Shown here: one piece after another, positions 1 through 13,102 of the stretch
How positions within the stretch are numbered: position 1 is the stretch's first letter
How the letters are laid out: every line of letters starts with the position of its first letter
Origin: Macrostomum hystrix
Taxonomy: Eukaryota; Animalia; Platyhelminthes
NCBI GenBank assembly: GCA_950097015.1
Contig: CATNEN010000038.1
Span: 29,202,001 to 29,266,000 of the forward strand
DNA length: 64,000 nucleotides
Reading direction: 5' to 3'
The notes under the pieces: model-generated
Database searches by the model: none
What the model saw: the letters and a program-made list of their open reading frames with translations, nothing else
What the model was told of the DNA's origin: nothing
Position numbers and translations under genes: made by a program

Positions 1-1794
1 TTCGCGTTGACAGTTTATCAGTGAATTGTGTGTACCGATTCACTGTGGTTGCCGCTACCTCAGCGGGTTGGGGCGCCGAAGCTCAGGTCAATGTGACGAC
101 CGGACCAACAGAGGATTCGCCAGAGAGTCCAAAGTTGGTCGCCTGTACGTTAGCTGGAGCTTCCGGTGTTCGCTTGAATTGGACCATTGTTCAGCGGCCT
201 GAAAAACCGACTGCTGATGTTATCCTAGCCCAATCAACTGGTCGTACTGAAGTTGAGGACAAACAGTACACTTGGCGTCTCGTTGATCGTCAAACTCCGA
301 AGTCATCCACGTCTCCTTCCACTAGTATTCGAACTGTTGAAGGTTCCATTTTGGTGCCGTGGGATCGGTTGCTACCGCGCGGTAGGGAGCATCGATTCCG
401 TCTGATTGCCGTAACTCATAGCAGCGGAAGTCGTAACCGAAAGCAAGCCTTGAAACCAGCTGCACTCGCAATATCCGAGCCGAGCACTGATTGCGATTGG
501 ATCGCAGCGCCACTCAGTGTTGGCGGCAGCAGCGGCGGCATCGGTGGCGGCAGCGGCCTACTCAAACAATGGTGGTTCCTAGCTTTGCTGGTTATTGCCA
601 TCCTGGCTATAATCAATCTGCTTATCTATCTGGTCTATGTTGGCAGAAGAAAGCGCTCAGCCAAAATGCAACTGCAGCAGCAACAGCAGCAGCAGCAGCA
701 GCAGCAGTTGCTACTGCAGACTCATAGAAACAATCATGGTATTAAGTTGGACTATTTTGTTATCAATGTGTATAAGTACTGTATGGGATTATCAAATTCA
801 CCGAATATAACGTAAGGAAATCGTTCCTGTAAATTGGTACTAAATGGGGGTCGGTGGCAGAGCGATTATCGCGTTTGCCTCTTGAACCACGGTCCCTAAG
901 TTCGATTCCACAGCGAGGCCACATTTATTTGGGGCGCAGCCGCGGAGAGAAGGCTTGGTGGCTTGTCGTGCAATTTACGACCTTGAGTGCTAACCTCCAA
1001 GGCACAGTGAAAATACACTGTCTGACGATGAGAAAGTCAGGGCAGATGAAAACACCTGTGTGAGCGTGTGCCTGCGTACGGTATCTGTGTGCATGTGTGC
1101 TCAGGAGTCAGCGAAATGGGCAGAATTGCCTCCTCGCTGGCTGCCGGTCTAGTGTCACTAAATGATGTGCCACTGCCCGCAGCCCTCCTGCAATTATTAA
1201 TATTATTATTATTATGGGTACTAGATTCCTTCGCCTTTCACATAGCTATTAATTCAAACTCAATCTCAGCTCAAATCTTAGGATTTTAAAAACAAAAAGC
1301 TGAAAGATTTCATGAACACAAATTTCTTAACAGGCACAAACGGCTCTCACACTGCGGCTCGATTGGCCACCAGTTCAAGCGCCGGAAATAACAACAATAC
1401 AGCAAAAAATGGGCACCATCGCTATCGCCAGCAGCAGCAGCAGCAACCAGACTGCTCTGAACTTATCCTCGCATGTGACATTCCCAACGATTCTGATGCT
1501 GCATCAACGCTTTTACAGCCGTCTCTGCATCTGCAGCAGCAGCATCATCATCATCTGGGACATCTGATGCAGCAGAACCAGCATTATCGCCCACTTTCTG
1601 GCGTCGGCCGGGTCAGCATCAAGCAGCTGAAATCGGCTCCCAGACCGAGTCCCGCTGCCGCCATTCGACCGTCGGACGAGTCGCCGAATTATTCATCCTC
1701 GCCATCTATGCCGGCTGATGTTACACTACCGCCGCCAACAGTGGCCAATCTGGAGAAGAGCAGCGAATGGCGCACCATCGACTGTAGGCGCAGT

Positions 1795-1831
<37 letters not shown>

Positions 1832-1986
1832 TACCGACGCTAACTATCAGCGGAGTTTCCGCCGCGGGTTACGCCAGCTTGCGGAAGGCGAAACCGCCCG
1901 AGCCATTCAACTCGGCGCACGTGCCCACCATTGGCGTGCCTGTTGGCACTGTGGCTGGAATCAGACAGCACAGCTGTAGGGTGTGA
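1..1986 (+). CDS. 3' end of an FN3-repeat single-pass receptor (sidekick/Dscam-like); 5' part outside window; exons <1..738, 1334..1986
   Basis: FN3 signature VDSLSVNCVYRFTVVAATSAGWG followed by a second FN3-like stretch; TM segment WWFLALLVIAILAIINLLIYLVYV then GRRKR. Phase-1 GT..AG intron 739-1333 joins the two ORFs in frame. AATAAA at 2181. Confidence 0.75.
846..1216 (+). mobile_element. tRNA-derived SINE, full-length copy
   Basis: A-box-like GGTGGCAGAGCG, B-box GTTCGATTCC, (ATT)n tail, flanking TSD GGTACTAAAT (836-845) / GGTACTAGAT (1217-1226). The body recurs about 8 times in the window. Confidence 0.85.
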
Positions 1987-3127
1987 GGCGTGAAATTGGT
2001 CTGGCGTTGCGAGACAGAACTATTTCAAAAGATGCAATACCTCAAAACAGAGAAGCGGCTAGCGTATTTTTACTGACGTGTAGTTCGTCCAAAACCGACG
2101 TGCAGGCAGTTTGATTTGCAAGCATACGAATGTCATTTTGTGTCTAGTATTTATTTGTTTGTCAATCCTTTTGTTTTTTGAATAAACCAATCAATGGTAT
2201 CATATTCATGGTTATCGATTTAACGCTGCTAATTTCACAGTCGTTTATTTCGTCCTCTTTTAATAGAATATTTTTAATCTATCGCTTTAGCTGTCTGTCA
2301 AAAGTTGTCTACTTTTAAGAATTTATTGCTTTTTTAATTACTTTTCATATGCTTTTGGTGTATCGGCTTAAACAATACACTTTATCCGGCTTCTCATTCC
2401 ACTTGTCAATTATTAAAGAAGTAGTGGAGCTTCGTACTTTTGTCGTCTCTTCTGAGCAAACTGAGTAGAATGAATTCGACCTTGATTTGTTCTTGGATAT
2501 TTGTACGTATAAATGTTGCTGAGATGCTTTTGTTATTATAATCGAAACATATTATTGAAACAAAGTCAGTCATTGACTCTAATAACAATCAAGCGCACCT
2601 TTCGGATGTTGTCTGCTTATTTTATTAATTCTAGTCATAGTCTGTTTAAAGCATTATATGGTGCGTTTAATGTGACGTTGTATATAAAAAGCTACAAAAT
2701 ATCTGCAACATGTCCCTGCAATATCCACAGATGGGGATGCATTCCGTGCACAGTTACATTATTTGTCCCTAATTCTTTTGTGAGAGCATTTTAACCGGGA
2801 TAATGTAATGACGACGAACATTGATATATTCAAATCATGCAAGTTTTTCAAAGCCGTTTCAATAAATGAGAAACTGTCAAGATCATGCTTAAACCGATTT
2901 CCAGTTGTCAGTGGTTCACCAATGCAGGTCAACGTGATTTATACTGTTTGTGCTTTCTGGGACTTGCAAGCGTACACCTAAGGTTGATTGAAAGTCAGGA
3001 TAATAGTGAGCATATTTCTGAAGCATTTTATCAAAAATAGAGTAAAAATCGTTAAAATAATTCTAGGACTCTATTATTTTGCTAGATATCAGTTACAAAG
3101 ATATCATCGTCAGGCAATGTACGCTCT

Positions 3128-3300
3128 TACTGTGCCTTGGAGGTTGGCCCCTCAAGGGCGTAAATTGCACGATAAATCACCAAGCCTTATCTCCGCGGCT
3201 GCGCCCTAAAAAATAAAAGCAGTAAATGTGGCCTCGCCGCGGAATCTAGCTCGCAGACCTTGTTGCGAGAGGCAAACGCGTTTGACAGCTCTGTCACTCA
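3128..3300 (-). mobile_element. SINE copy (5' half)
   Basis: Reverse complement of the head/body motifs GCGAGGCCACATTT, GGGCGCAGCCGCGGAGA and AACCTCCAAGGCACAGT. Confidence 0.8.
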
Positions 3301-4725
3301 CCTCTCGCAAAGACGGCAACATTTCCACTGGACAATTTTCCTTTCTAAATATGAAAGGATTCATTAGTCACATACAGTATTGCTTTGATTACTGAGTCCA
3401 GCTGCTCTTTGTATTTCATTGCTATCATACTGTACTCTGAAAGTTGCCCTCTGACAGTTCGCTTAGCAGTCATAGCTAAAACTAATTTCTAACACGCGAT
3501 CACTCCCGTCTTCATGAGGTTAAAATCGGTGTAAATTTGCGGAACTTAAAATTGCAAAATGTTTCGCTTACACTTGAAGCAAACACTAAAGCAAGTGCAT
3601 AATTTGAATTAATCTTTGCATCAATTTATATGCTTTTAGTCAATTTTTATGGAGTTCATGCTTATTTTGCTTCATGTTAATTTGCACATTAAATCCGAAA
3701 ACATTGAATTATTAAGCAATCTATATATATAATTAGCTTGAAAAAGATGGATCAAACACATTATCAGTGCAACAACTTCTTCGTTTTTCATTGCTTCTAA
3801 TTTGCTTCTAATAACCATATGCGTTTATTTTGTTTTATGTTTAAACCGCATTTACAGCGAAAAACGAAGAGCAGGCTCTGATTTTAAATTGTGCTGTTTC
3901 TAAGACACAATGCGGAAAAGTTTCAAGGAAGTCTTCCGATTAGTACTGTAACAACTTATTAGTTAAATAGTTTTAAGGCCACATAATTTGTTCAACGTTT
4001 TCTTTACGTAACTTAACTTGTACGCAAGCCTTATGTAGCAACTTCCATGCGCAATCTTTAAAAGAAACAAAAAACGAAGAGTATTAATTTCGTAAAGGCG
4101 AACCGAACCAAAAATAAAGAAAAACTATTCTTACTTACATATTACACTTAAAAAATCTTTTTTAAACAAAAATATTTTGTAGCTTTTTTATACAAGTGTA
4201 TTTAATTTCTATAAGTTTCTTTGCTTTTTGTCTTTTAAAATGCAATCATAGCTAGCTACTCACTGTAGTTATTGTATGTGATCATTTATGTAGGGACTTT
4301 TTAGCAAATTAAATATAGCTAATGTCAGGTTCTGTATATTTTTGTGTTTTATAGATCATCATTGGATTTTTTTTTATGATTATTATCTTTGCATTTTATG
4401 GTTATCTTGGATATGTATGATATGGATAACATTTATTGTATTTAAAGATGTAGCCTGTCATGCATATAAGTAATGCTGTTATATAAAGTTTAAATGCAGA
4501 TATTTATTTATTTATTTATTGTTAAAAAACTTTTTAGTAACTAACACCAAGCATTCAACAATAAATCAACGAGCGACTTTTCATTTTCATAAACAGAAAA
4601 GTTTAGTGAAAAATAAATTGCTTAAGTTTTAGTCAAGTAAGATAATGCTTTAAACTGAACAAATCAGACAGCTAGACATTTACTAGAGATATATATACAT
4701 TCTAAACTTTCTAGCTTGGATAAAA

Positions 4726-7700
4726 ATGTCATCGCGTGCAACAAATCTGGTGTTTCTATCAATTATGCTGATATTTCCATTGGTATCAGCTCAGACAGAA
4801 AACTCAACTCATTGTCCACTCAGAGGCGATGACCGACGCTATCTATCGGTAATGTTTGCCATCGATGAAGGTCAGAACACCCGGGTTACCATCACGGATT
4901 CCGCATTTGATTATCAGCATGGCAACTTTGAAAGGCGAATCGGTCAGTGCGTCCTGATTTTAGACAGGAATCGAGTCGAGGCTGAGCAAAAATCCAAGTG
5001 GAACCTTCTGGTGCTTTATAGAAATCAAACTGAATCTAGAGATGTGTACTTTTGCGCAAAGCTGTACTGGCAGTCGGTGAATGTTGTGCAATATAAATTG
5101 AGCGGCTTCTATACCACTTCACAGAGTGTTGCTGCATCTAACTGCATAAAATTTGAGGTCGAAAATCGAAATAGTTTTGCTATTGTCGGCTTTTCTCAGA
5201 ATTATCAACACTTTAACTGCAAAACCATATTCGAGGGCGTCTATTGGTTTAGCTATCAGTTGAAAGATTCTTCTAAAACTCCTTGCGAAGCATTGAATAA
5301 CAAAATAAAGGTAAATTTGTGATTTTTTAACGGCTCTAAAAACACAAGATAACACGGGAGACAGTCCATGAGAACACGGGAGTAAGTCCATGAGAACACG
5401 GGAGTAAGTCCATGTGAGCATGGGCGACAGTCCATGAGAACACGGGAGTAAGTCCATGAGAACACGGGAGTAAGTCCATGAGAGCATGGGTGACAGTCCA
5501 TGAGAACACGGGAGTAAGTCCATGAGAACACGGGAGTAAGTCCATGAGAGCATGGGTGACAGTCCATGACAACACGGGAGACAGTCCATGATAACACGGG
5601 AGACAGTCCATGATAACACGGGAGTAAGTCCATGAGAGCATGGGTGACTGTCCATGACAACACGGGAGACAGTCCATGAGAGCATGGGTGACAGTCCATG
5701 ACAACACGGGAGACAGTCCATGATAACACGGGAGTAAGTCCATGAGAGCATGGGTGACTGTCCATGAGAACACGGGTGACAGTCCACGAGAACACGGGAG
5801 TAAGTGAATGAGAGCATGGGTGACAGTCCATGAGAACACGGGAGACAGTCCATGCGAACACGGGAGACAGTCCATGAGAACACGGGAGACAGTCCATGAG
5901 AACACAGGAGACAGTCCATGAGAACACAGGAGACAGTCCATGAGAACACAGGAGACAGTCCATGAGAACACGGGAGACAGTCCATGAGAACACAGGAGAC
6001 AGTCCATGAGAACACAGGAGACAGTCCATGAGAACACAGGAGACAGTCCATGAGAACACAGAAGACAAATATCAGAGCCGAACATACTTTGAACTGCCGC
6101 AGGCGTGCCAACGGCCGGGCTCCCAGGAGAGGGATAATTCCATCGCGTCAATCAACTGGGGCCTGTGTCCTGGCCTAGCAGAGATGAAGGATCAAGGCGC
6201 TCAGACCTATTATTGCTACGGCATGTGGACAGATGGGGCTAACAATGTGTTTGCGGCAGTCGGCATGGACCAGGGCGATACAAAGTTTAAGTATCGATGC
6301 CTGGTGACCAGAAAGGATCAGAACGAACGCAGTATTATCTATCGGTGAGCTCGGCTTTTTTGCGTATTGTGATAAAATTTTCGTATTTAGCTTCGTATTA
6401 CTTAAAGTAGACAGAATGCACGTTTTGTTAGCTAATCTAAAAAATTTGTCCTGCTGACTTTTTTTCTGTGGCCAATTTTATAGGATGGAGAAATTATCGG
6501 AGGTAAGAAGCAGGTTTTTTCACATTTTTAACAGCATAAAAATTTTTTTGACCTAAGCGCACAAACTTTTTTAACTTTTCGTTTCGTTTATTAGCACATT
6601 TTTTCGCAAATTTAACATGAGAGAAACGAGAGACATGAGCATATTAGTACACTAAAGCACATACATAGATAGTTTGTAAGCCCTGCTGCATGACCTAACA
6701 GTTATTTTTACACTAATTAGTACTTGTATTTACTGCGTACCGTTTCACAATACTTTCTTTAACACTTTTAGTGTAGTAACGGAAAATAAGTTCTATTTTG
6801 TGTCTGTGTATTGCATGACTTGATAAACACATTTTTTCATAAAGAAACAAGCAATGGGCACTATATAAAATATATTTGTTAGTAATTTGATTGATCTATT
6901 CTAGGATATGAAGTTAGATCTATTGATAGATTGGTAGCTTGATCTATTGATAGATTGGTAGCTTGATCTATTGATAGATTGGTAGCTTGATCTATTGATA
7001 GATTGGTAGCTTGATCTATTGATAGATTGGTAGCTTGATCTATTGATAGATTGGTAGCTTGATCTATTGATAGATTGGTAGCTTGATCTATTGATAGATT
7101 GGTAGCTTGATCTATTGATAGATTGGTAGCTTGATCTATTGATTGATTGATGGCTAGATCTATTGATAGATTGGTAGCTTGATCTATTAATAGATTGGTA
7201 GCTTGATCTATTGATAGATTGGTAGCTTGGTCTATTGATAGATAAATAGCTTGATCTATTGATAGATTGGTAGCTTGATCTATTAATAGATTGGTAGCTT
7301 GATCTATTGATAGATTGGTAGCTTGGTCTATTGATAGATAAATAGCTTGATCTATTGATAGATTGGTAGCTTGATCTATTGATCTATTGATAGCTTGATC
7401 TATTGATAGATTGATGACTTGATCTATTAATAGATCGGTAGCTTGATCTATTGATAGATTGGTAGCTTGGTCTATTGATAGATAAATAGCTTGATCTATT
7501 GATAGATTGGTAGCTTGATCCTTCGATAGATTGGTAGCTTGATCCTTCGATAGATTGGTAGCTTGATCCTTCGATAGATTGGTAGCTTGGTCTATTGATC
7601 TATTGATAGATTAGTAGCTTGATCTATTGATATATTGATGACTTGATCTATTGATAGATTGGTAGCTTGATCTATTGATAGATTGATGACTTGATCTATT

Positions 7701-10639
7701 GATAGATTGGTAGCTTGGTCTATTGATAGATAAATAGCTTGATCTATTGATAGATTGGTAGCTTGATCTATTGATCTATTGATAGCTTGATCTATTGATA
7801 GATTGATGACTTGATCTATTAATAGATCGGTAGCTTGATCTATTGATAGATTGGTAGCTTGGTCTATTGATAGATAAATAGCTTGATCTATTGATAGATT
7901 GGTAGCTTGATCCTTCGATAGATTGGTAGCTTGGTCTATTGATCTATTGATAGATTAGTAGCTTGATCTATTGATATATTGATGACTTGATCTATTGATA
8001 GATTGGTAGCTTGATCTATTGATAGATTGATGACTTGATCTATTGATAGATTGGTAGCTTGGTCTATTGATAGATAAATAGCTTGATCTATTGATAGATT
8101 GGTAGCTTGATCCTTCGATAGATTGGTAGCTTGATCCTTCGATAGATTGGTAGCTTGATCCTTCGATAGATTGGTAGCTTGGTCTATTGATCTATTGATA
8201 GATTAGTAGCTTGATCTATTGATATATTGATGACTTGATCTATTGATAGATTGGTAGCTTGATTTATTAATAGATTGATGACTTGATCTATTGATAGATT
8301 GGTAGCTTGGTCTATTGATAGATAAATAGCTTGATCTATTGATAGATTGGTAGCTTGATCCTTCGATAGATTGGTAGCTTGATCCTTCGATAGATTGGTA
8401 GCTTGATCCTTCGATAGATTGGTAGCTTGGTCTATTGATCTATTGATAGATTGGTAGCTTGATCTATTGATATATTGATGAACTTGATCTATTGATAGAT
8501 TGGTAGCTTGATCTATTGATAGATTGATGACTTGATCTATTGATAGATTGGTAGCTTGATCTATTGATAGATTAGTAGCTTGATATATTGATAGATTGGT
8601 AGCTTGATATATTGATAGATTGGTAGCTTGATATATTGATAGATTGGTAGCTTGATATATTGATAGATTGGTAGCTTGATATATTGATAGATTGTTAGCT
8701 TGATATATTGATAGATTGGTAGCTAGATCTGATAGATTTTCTGTACGTTAAAACATGTTGGAAGAAGCTTAGCCTGGCACCCAATGATTGCATTTTGCAT
8801 TCCGCATCGACCGCTGCAGCTGGGGCATGACCGTGGACGCCGACTGTTCGACCCTGATGACGCCGGACACGTCGCCGATGAAGTTGATTCTGAAGCCAGC
8901 CCTAGACGACACCGACCAGCTGCCGCACCTGCGACCCGGATGTAATTTGCCCAAGAATTTCACCGGTGTGTGGTTCTACCCGGCCGATTTTCAGACAGAT
9001 GTGTACATAAACTCTACGACTATTAAAATGCGCCGACAACTGGATCAGTACCAGTGGGAGGAGGTCTACTTTGTCTGTCGACAGGTAATTTGATAAAATT
9101 CTACGATTTATGAAATTCTACGCTTTCCGATATTTTTCGATCTAAAAAATTCTATAAAATTTGAAACATTTGCTAACAAATCATAAACTCGATGTGCTTA
9201 CCCGTCCAGGCGCAGGAGTCTCGCTATCTGATGGCCGTAGTGACGGAGGGTCGCTGTGATGTGGACTACATTTGCATGCACTTTATGCCAAGGCATCACA
9301 ACATTATTAGGTTCCGAATGTCCAAGCCAATCAAGCACGAGCAAGCCAACACGGAGGGTGCTAGCTACATGAGCAACCGGTTCAGAGAGACCTGCTATTG
9401 GTCTAGCTTCACGCTCGATCAAGTTGATTGGACCTATGAGTACTTTGTGCTCAATCCGCCGGTGCCAATCAACTGTCCGATGCAGGGTCGGTTCAAGTTC
9501 AACATGGTGGGACAGGCAGCAGAGAAGTACTATACAAAAATACCCGGCGGAGTGACGATTAGGCCCAGGTAAATTACTCTCGCTTAGCTTGCACATGTTT
9601 TAACATAAGAAATTATTTTTTACACACTTTAAACTTAAGGCTGGAGTTAATGCTGGTCGTTGGAGATGAGCGGTACAGCCCTGAGTTCGATTCAGCGGCG
9701 AGGCCAGAATTATTTGGCGCGCAGCCGGGGAGAGAAGGCTTGGGGCTTGTCGTGCAATTTACGCTCTTGGGGGCAAATCTCCAAGGCACAGTGAAGTGCA
9801 CACTTCCTGACGATGAGAAAGTCAGGGCAGATGTACACACCTGTTTAAGCGTGTGCCTGCGTACAGCATCTGTGTGAGCGTGTGCTCAGGAGTCAGCGAA
9901 CTAGACAGAATTGCCTCCTCGCGGGCTGCGGGTCTAGTGTCACCAAATCATGTGTAGCCCTTCTGTAGTTATTTTTTTCTACTGCAACAGCTGGTCGTTC
10001 GAATAAAGCGTGATTCCTTGATTCGGATGTACACGCTGAGGTACCACACTTCAACACTAAGCCTGAATATGTTATTCTGTACACCCCAGGGTTCAAGTGC
10101 TCTGTCCAGATGGTCTGGGAGAGTCGGATCTGTACGCCTGTGTTGGTGAGAACAAGCAGCTCAGGCTGGACACGCAGCGCTGCATGAAGCTGGACCACAC
10201 CGGTCGCCCCATGGCTGAGTACGACGTCCCTGACAACATCCTCACCTGCGTTGGATTCTGGATGGAGGACGCTAAATCCTACCTGATCACCTACGACCCC
10301 GACGATCCCGTGGTTGGAAATTTTCGCTGCTGGATCTACAGACGAACCGGGCTGAGAACTTTTCGATTGTCAAGGTCAATGGCGTCCAAGTGCCTGCCCC
10401 AGCAGACCAGTTCCAGCGCTTTTCCAGCCGAGAGCGCCAGCCTCATGCTTGAGCTCACCGAGAATGAGCGCCTATTCGACCAGTGCCCGATGGTCTTTGA
10501 CGACGGACACAACCCGTATCAGAACTCTCTGGAGTTGAAGGTTTTTGCTGGCAGCTACAAGCTACAGTCTAGCTTCTTCTGTCTGCTGATTGGCGGTCTA
10601 GTTTCTACGGCAACCCGGCTGCGGAGTATGCTGTTTTGA
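4726..10639 (+). CDS. Secreted/surface Cys-rich repeat protein (DUF7042/7043/7044-type invertebrate family); exons 4726..5310, 6103..6344, 8820..9084, 9210..9568, 10090..10639
   Basis: Signal peptide; all four introns are GT-AG and phase-consistent; repeated C-x-G-x-W...Y/F-R-C modules (e.g. LTCVGFWMEDAKSYLITYD...FRCWIY); hydrophobic C-terminus (possible GPI/TM). Family name is from recall. Confidence 0.8.
5350..6062. repeat. 22-bp minisatellite (GAGAACACGGGAGACAGTCCAT) filling intron 1
   Basis: About 32 tandem units with a few variants; explains the repetitive ORFs at 5119-6151. Confidence 0.95.
6915..8735. repeat. 24-bp minisatellite (GATCTATTGATAGATTGGTAGCTT), ~1.8 kb, in intron 2
   Basis: Direct tandem periodicity of 24; variant blocks recur. 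Confidence 0.95.
9640..9960 (+). mobile_element. SINE copy in intron 4
   Basis: GAGTTCGATTCAGCGGCGAGGCC...CCTGACGATGAGAAAGTCAGGGCAG...GAATTGCCTCCTCGC. Confidence 0.85.
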
Positions 10640-11009
10640 TTAATTTACTTAATTAATTAACCTGCTTAAAAAAACTTTTGAATTGGCTTTGCTGCCAGTC
10701 ATTCCAATTGTTGTTCTTTTTAACAATCTGCTATCACAGAAATGGTTTTGATTTAAAACTAAATGTATCGATGCTTTGTTATGCAATGTTCAAACACTTT
10801 TTTAGCCAAATTAGTACTCGTATTGTATTTTTCTGATGGTGTGATTTTCTTTCAATATTGTACATTCTGATTTTTTTCTAGACAATCAATCACTTTTCCT
10901 GCAATATGAAAATTCTGGCTTACAATTGATTTTTTATTTTTGCAGACTGAATTTTGCAGCAAACTTTTCTTGCTTCTCCTTCCACCACATTCATAAACAG
11001 CCCGCTTAA

Positions 11010-11620
11010 CCCACCCCCCCATTTATTTGCAGACCGCTTCACCCACCACCCCATTTCTTTGCAGACCGCTTCACCCACCACCCCATTTCTTTGCAGACCG
11101 CTTCACCCACCACCCCATTTCTTTGCAGACCGCTTCACCCACCACCCCATTTCTTTGCAGACCGCTTCACCCACCACCCCATTTCTTTGCAGACCGCTTC
11201 ACCCACCACCCAATTTCTTTGCAGACCGCTTCACCCACCACCCCATTTCTTTGCAGACCGCTTCACCCACCACCCCATTTCTTTGCAGACCGCTTCACCC
11301 ACCACCCCATTTCTTTGCAGACCGCTTCACCCACTACCCCATTTCTTTGCAGACCGCTTCACCCACCACCCCATTTCTTTGCAGACCGCTTCACCCACCA
11401 ACCCATTTCTTTATAGACCGCTTCACCCACCACCCCATTCCTTCGCAGCCCGCTTCACCCACCACCCCATTTCTTTGCAGGCCGCTTCACCCACCACCCC
11501 ATTTCTTTGCAGACCGCTTCACCCACCAACCCATTTCTTTATAGACCGCTTCACCCACCACCCCATTCCTTCGCAGCCCGCTTCACCCACCACCCCATTC
11601 CTTCGCAGCCCGCTTAACTA
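11010..11620. repeat. 32-bp tandem array (TTCTTTGCAGACCGCTTCACCCACCACCCCAT)
   Basis: About 19 units. Confidence 0.95.
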
Positions 11621-12174
11621 CCACCCTACTTCTCTATCACCCTTCACCCTACCACCGTGCACCCTACACCAATTTATTATTGTTCTTTTGACTACGGCTA
11701 TTAGTTCATATGTATTTAAAGCGAAACGTTTATCATGAGCTATTTTATTATGTGTTTTGATATATTTGGTGCAATTCATTTTCCCGCTTTTTGCAATCGA
11801 TTATTTTTATGAATTGTGCTTTCTTTTGATTTGCCCATTCGCTTCTTCCAAGTAAATCACTTCTGATAATCATATTTTGTCATTACTATTTACACAAAGT
11901 GCAACATTTTTACATTTTGTTAATTTTTTTGTTAGAAAAAGACAATGTGCATGAAGTGACACTTATATATTCTTTTTAAACTACTTACTTATATATAGCA
12001 ATATGCTGTTTTGCATAATTGATGTGTGAAAACAAAAACATTTAAAACAAATAGAATGCTCTGATGACGTTGGCTTTTCTTAAAATCGGCTCTTTTTTAT
12101 CGCTATTCTTTAATAGCGATAAAATTGCTACTCGAATATTATTAACCATTTTTATGGGCTGTTATGGATGTGAC

Positions 12175-12590
12175 TAAATGAGGTGGTAGATTATGAGTGT
12201 GATCAAATGGGGTGGTGGGTTATGGGTGTGAAGAAATGTGGTGGTGGGTTTTGGGTCTGAGGAAATGGGGTGGTGGGTTATGGGTGTGAAGAAATGTGGT
12301 GGTGGGTTTTGGGTCTGAGGAAATGGGGTGGTGGGTTATGGGTGTGAAGAAATGTGGTGGTGGGTTTTGGGTCAGAGGAAATGGGGTGGTGGGTTATGGG
12401 TGTGAAGAAATGTGGTGGTGGGTTTTGGGTCTGAGGAAATGGGGTGGTGGGTTATGGGTGTGAAGAAATGGGGTGGTGGGTTTTGGTGTGAAGAAATGGG
12501 GTGGTGGGTTTTGGGTGTGAAGAAATGGGGTGGTGGGTTTTGGTGTGAAGAAATGGGGTGGTGGGCTATGAGTGTGAGGGAATTGGTTGT
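12175..12590. repeat. ~29-30-bp tandem array (GAAATGGGGTGGTGGGTTWTGGGTGTGAA), core inverted relative to the 11010-11620 array
   Basis: About 13 units; core is the reverse complement of ACCCACCACCCCATTTC. Confidence 0.9.
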
Positions 12591-13102
12591 GGAATTTCTT
12601 AATCCTTCTAGGGTTCATTCAGGTATAAATGGTGAGATTTCTGAGAACGAAATATTTGCTGGAAAATTTCAGCTGGCAAAGTTCTTGCTCGATTATAAAT
12701 ATAAATACCACAACAAAGTAATTCATTTTCCCATTTTTATTTCAGATAGTTTTCGACACATTTAAAAAAATTGTTAGGTTTTCTTAGAGTAATAGCTCGT
12801 AAAATCTCGTTAAACACGAGCTAATGATTGGTGACAGTGAGTAGTCAAAAGGCTAATTTTCATGTTTTATAAGACGCTGGATTAAAACACAAAGCCGAAA
12901 CACAGATTTTAGGCTGGAAAATGGATTTCATTCGAGAATGTACAAACTATAGAATCACAAAGCTAGCTTGGTCAATATGGGCGTGAAAAAGCGAGTTTTT
13001 ATTTTGCAACAATTTTTTTGTTTCCACCTGTTCAATGCAGATTATTCGATGGTTTTTCTAAATCCTCTAAACAGCAGTCCACGTCTTTGCCGCGATTAAG
13101 CT

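Noticed and set aside
1020-1135. Possible hammerhead core in the SINE (CTGACGA...GAAA; CTCAGGAGTCAGCGAAA)
   Set aside because: Stems II and III and the NUH site cannot be formed consistently; CTGAC is sequestered in a hairpin with GTCAG
1120-1195. SINE motif GCCTCCTCGCTGGC identical to the HDV genomic ribozyme P3/L3
   Set aside because: No P1 partner or correctly placed P1.1 GG/J4/2; the following bases pair locally with CCCGCAGC(C) as a simple 3' stem-loop
5119-6151. Long ORFs over tandem arrays (also 10954-11738, 12412-12765, 14010-14717, 31463-32168 and the alternative frames at 58830-59579)
   Set aside because: Stop-free minisatellite units that are open in several frames, mostly intronic or intergenic; not genes
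6915-8735. CRISPR-like appearance of the 22-33 bp repeats
   Set aside because: Units are contiguous with no unique spacers, there are no cas genes, and the context is eukaryotic
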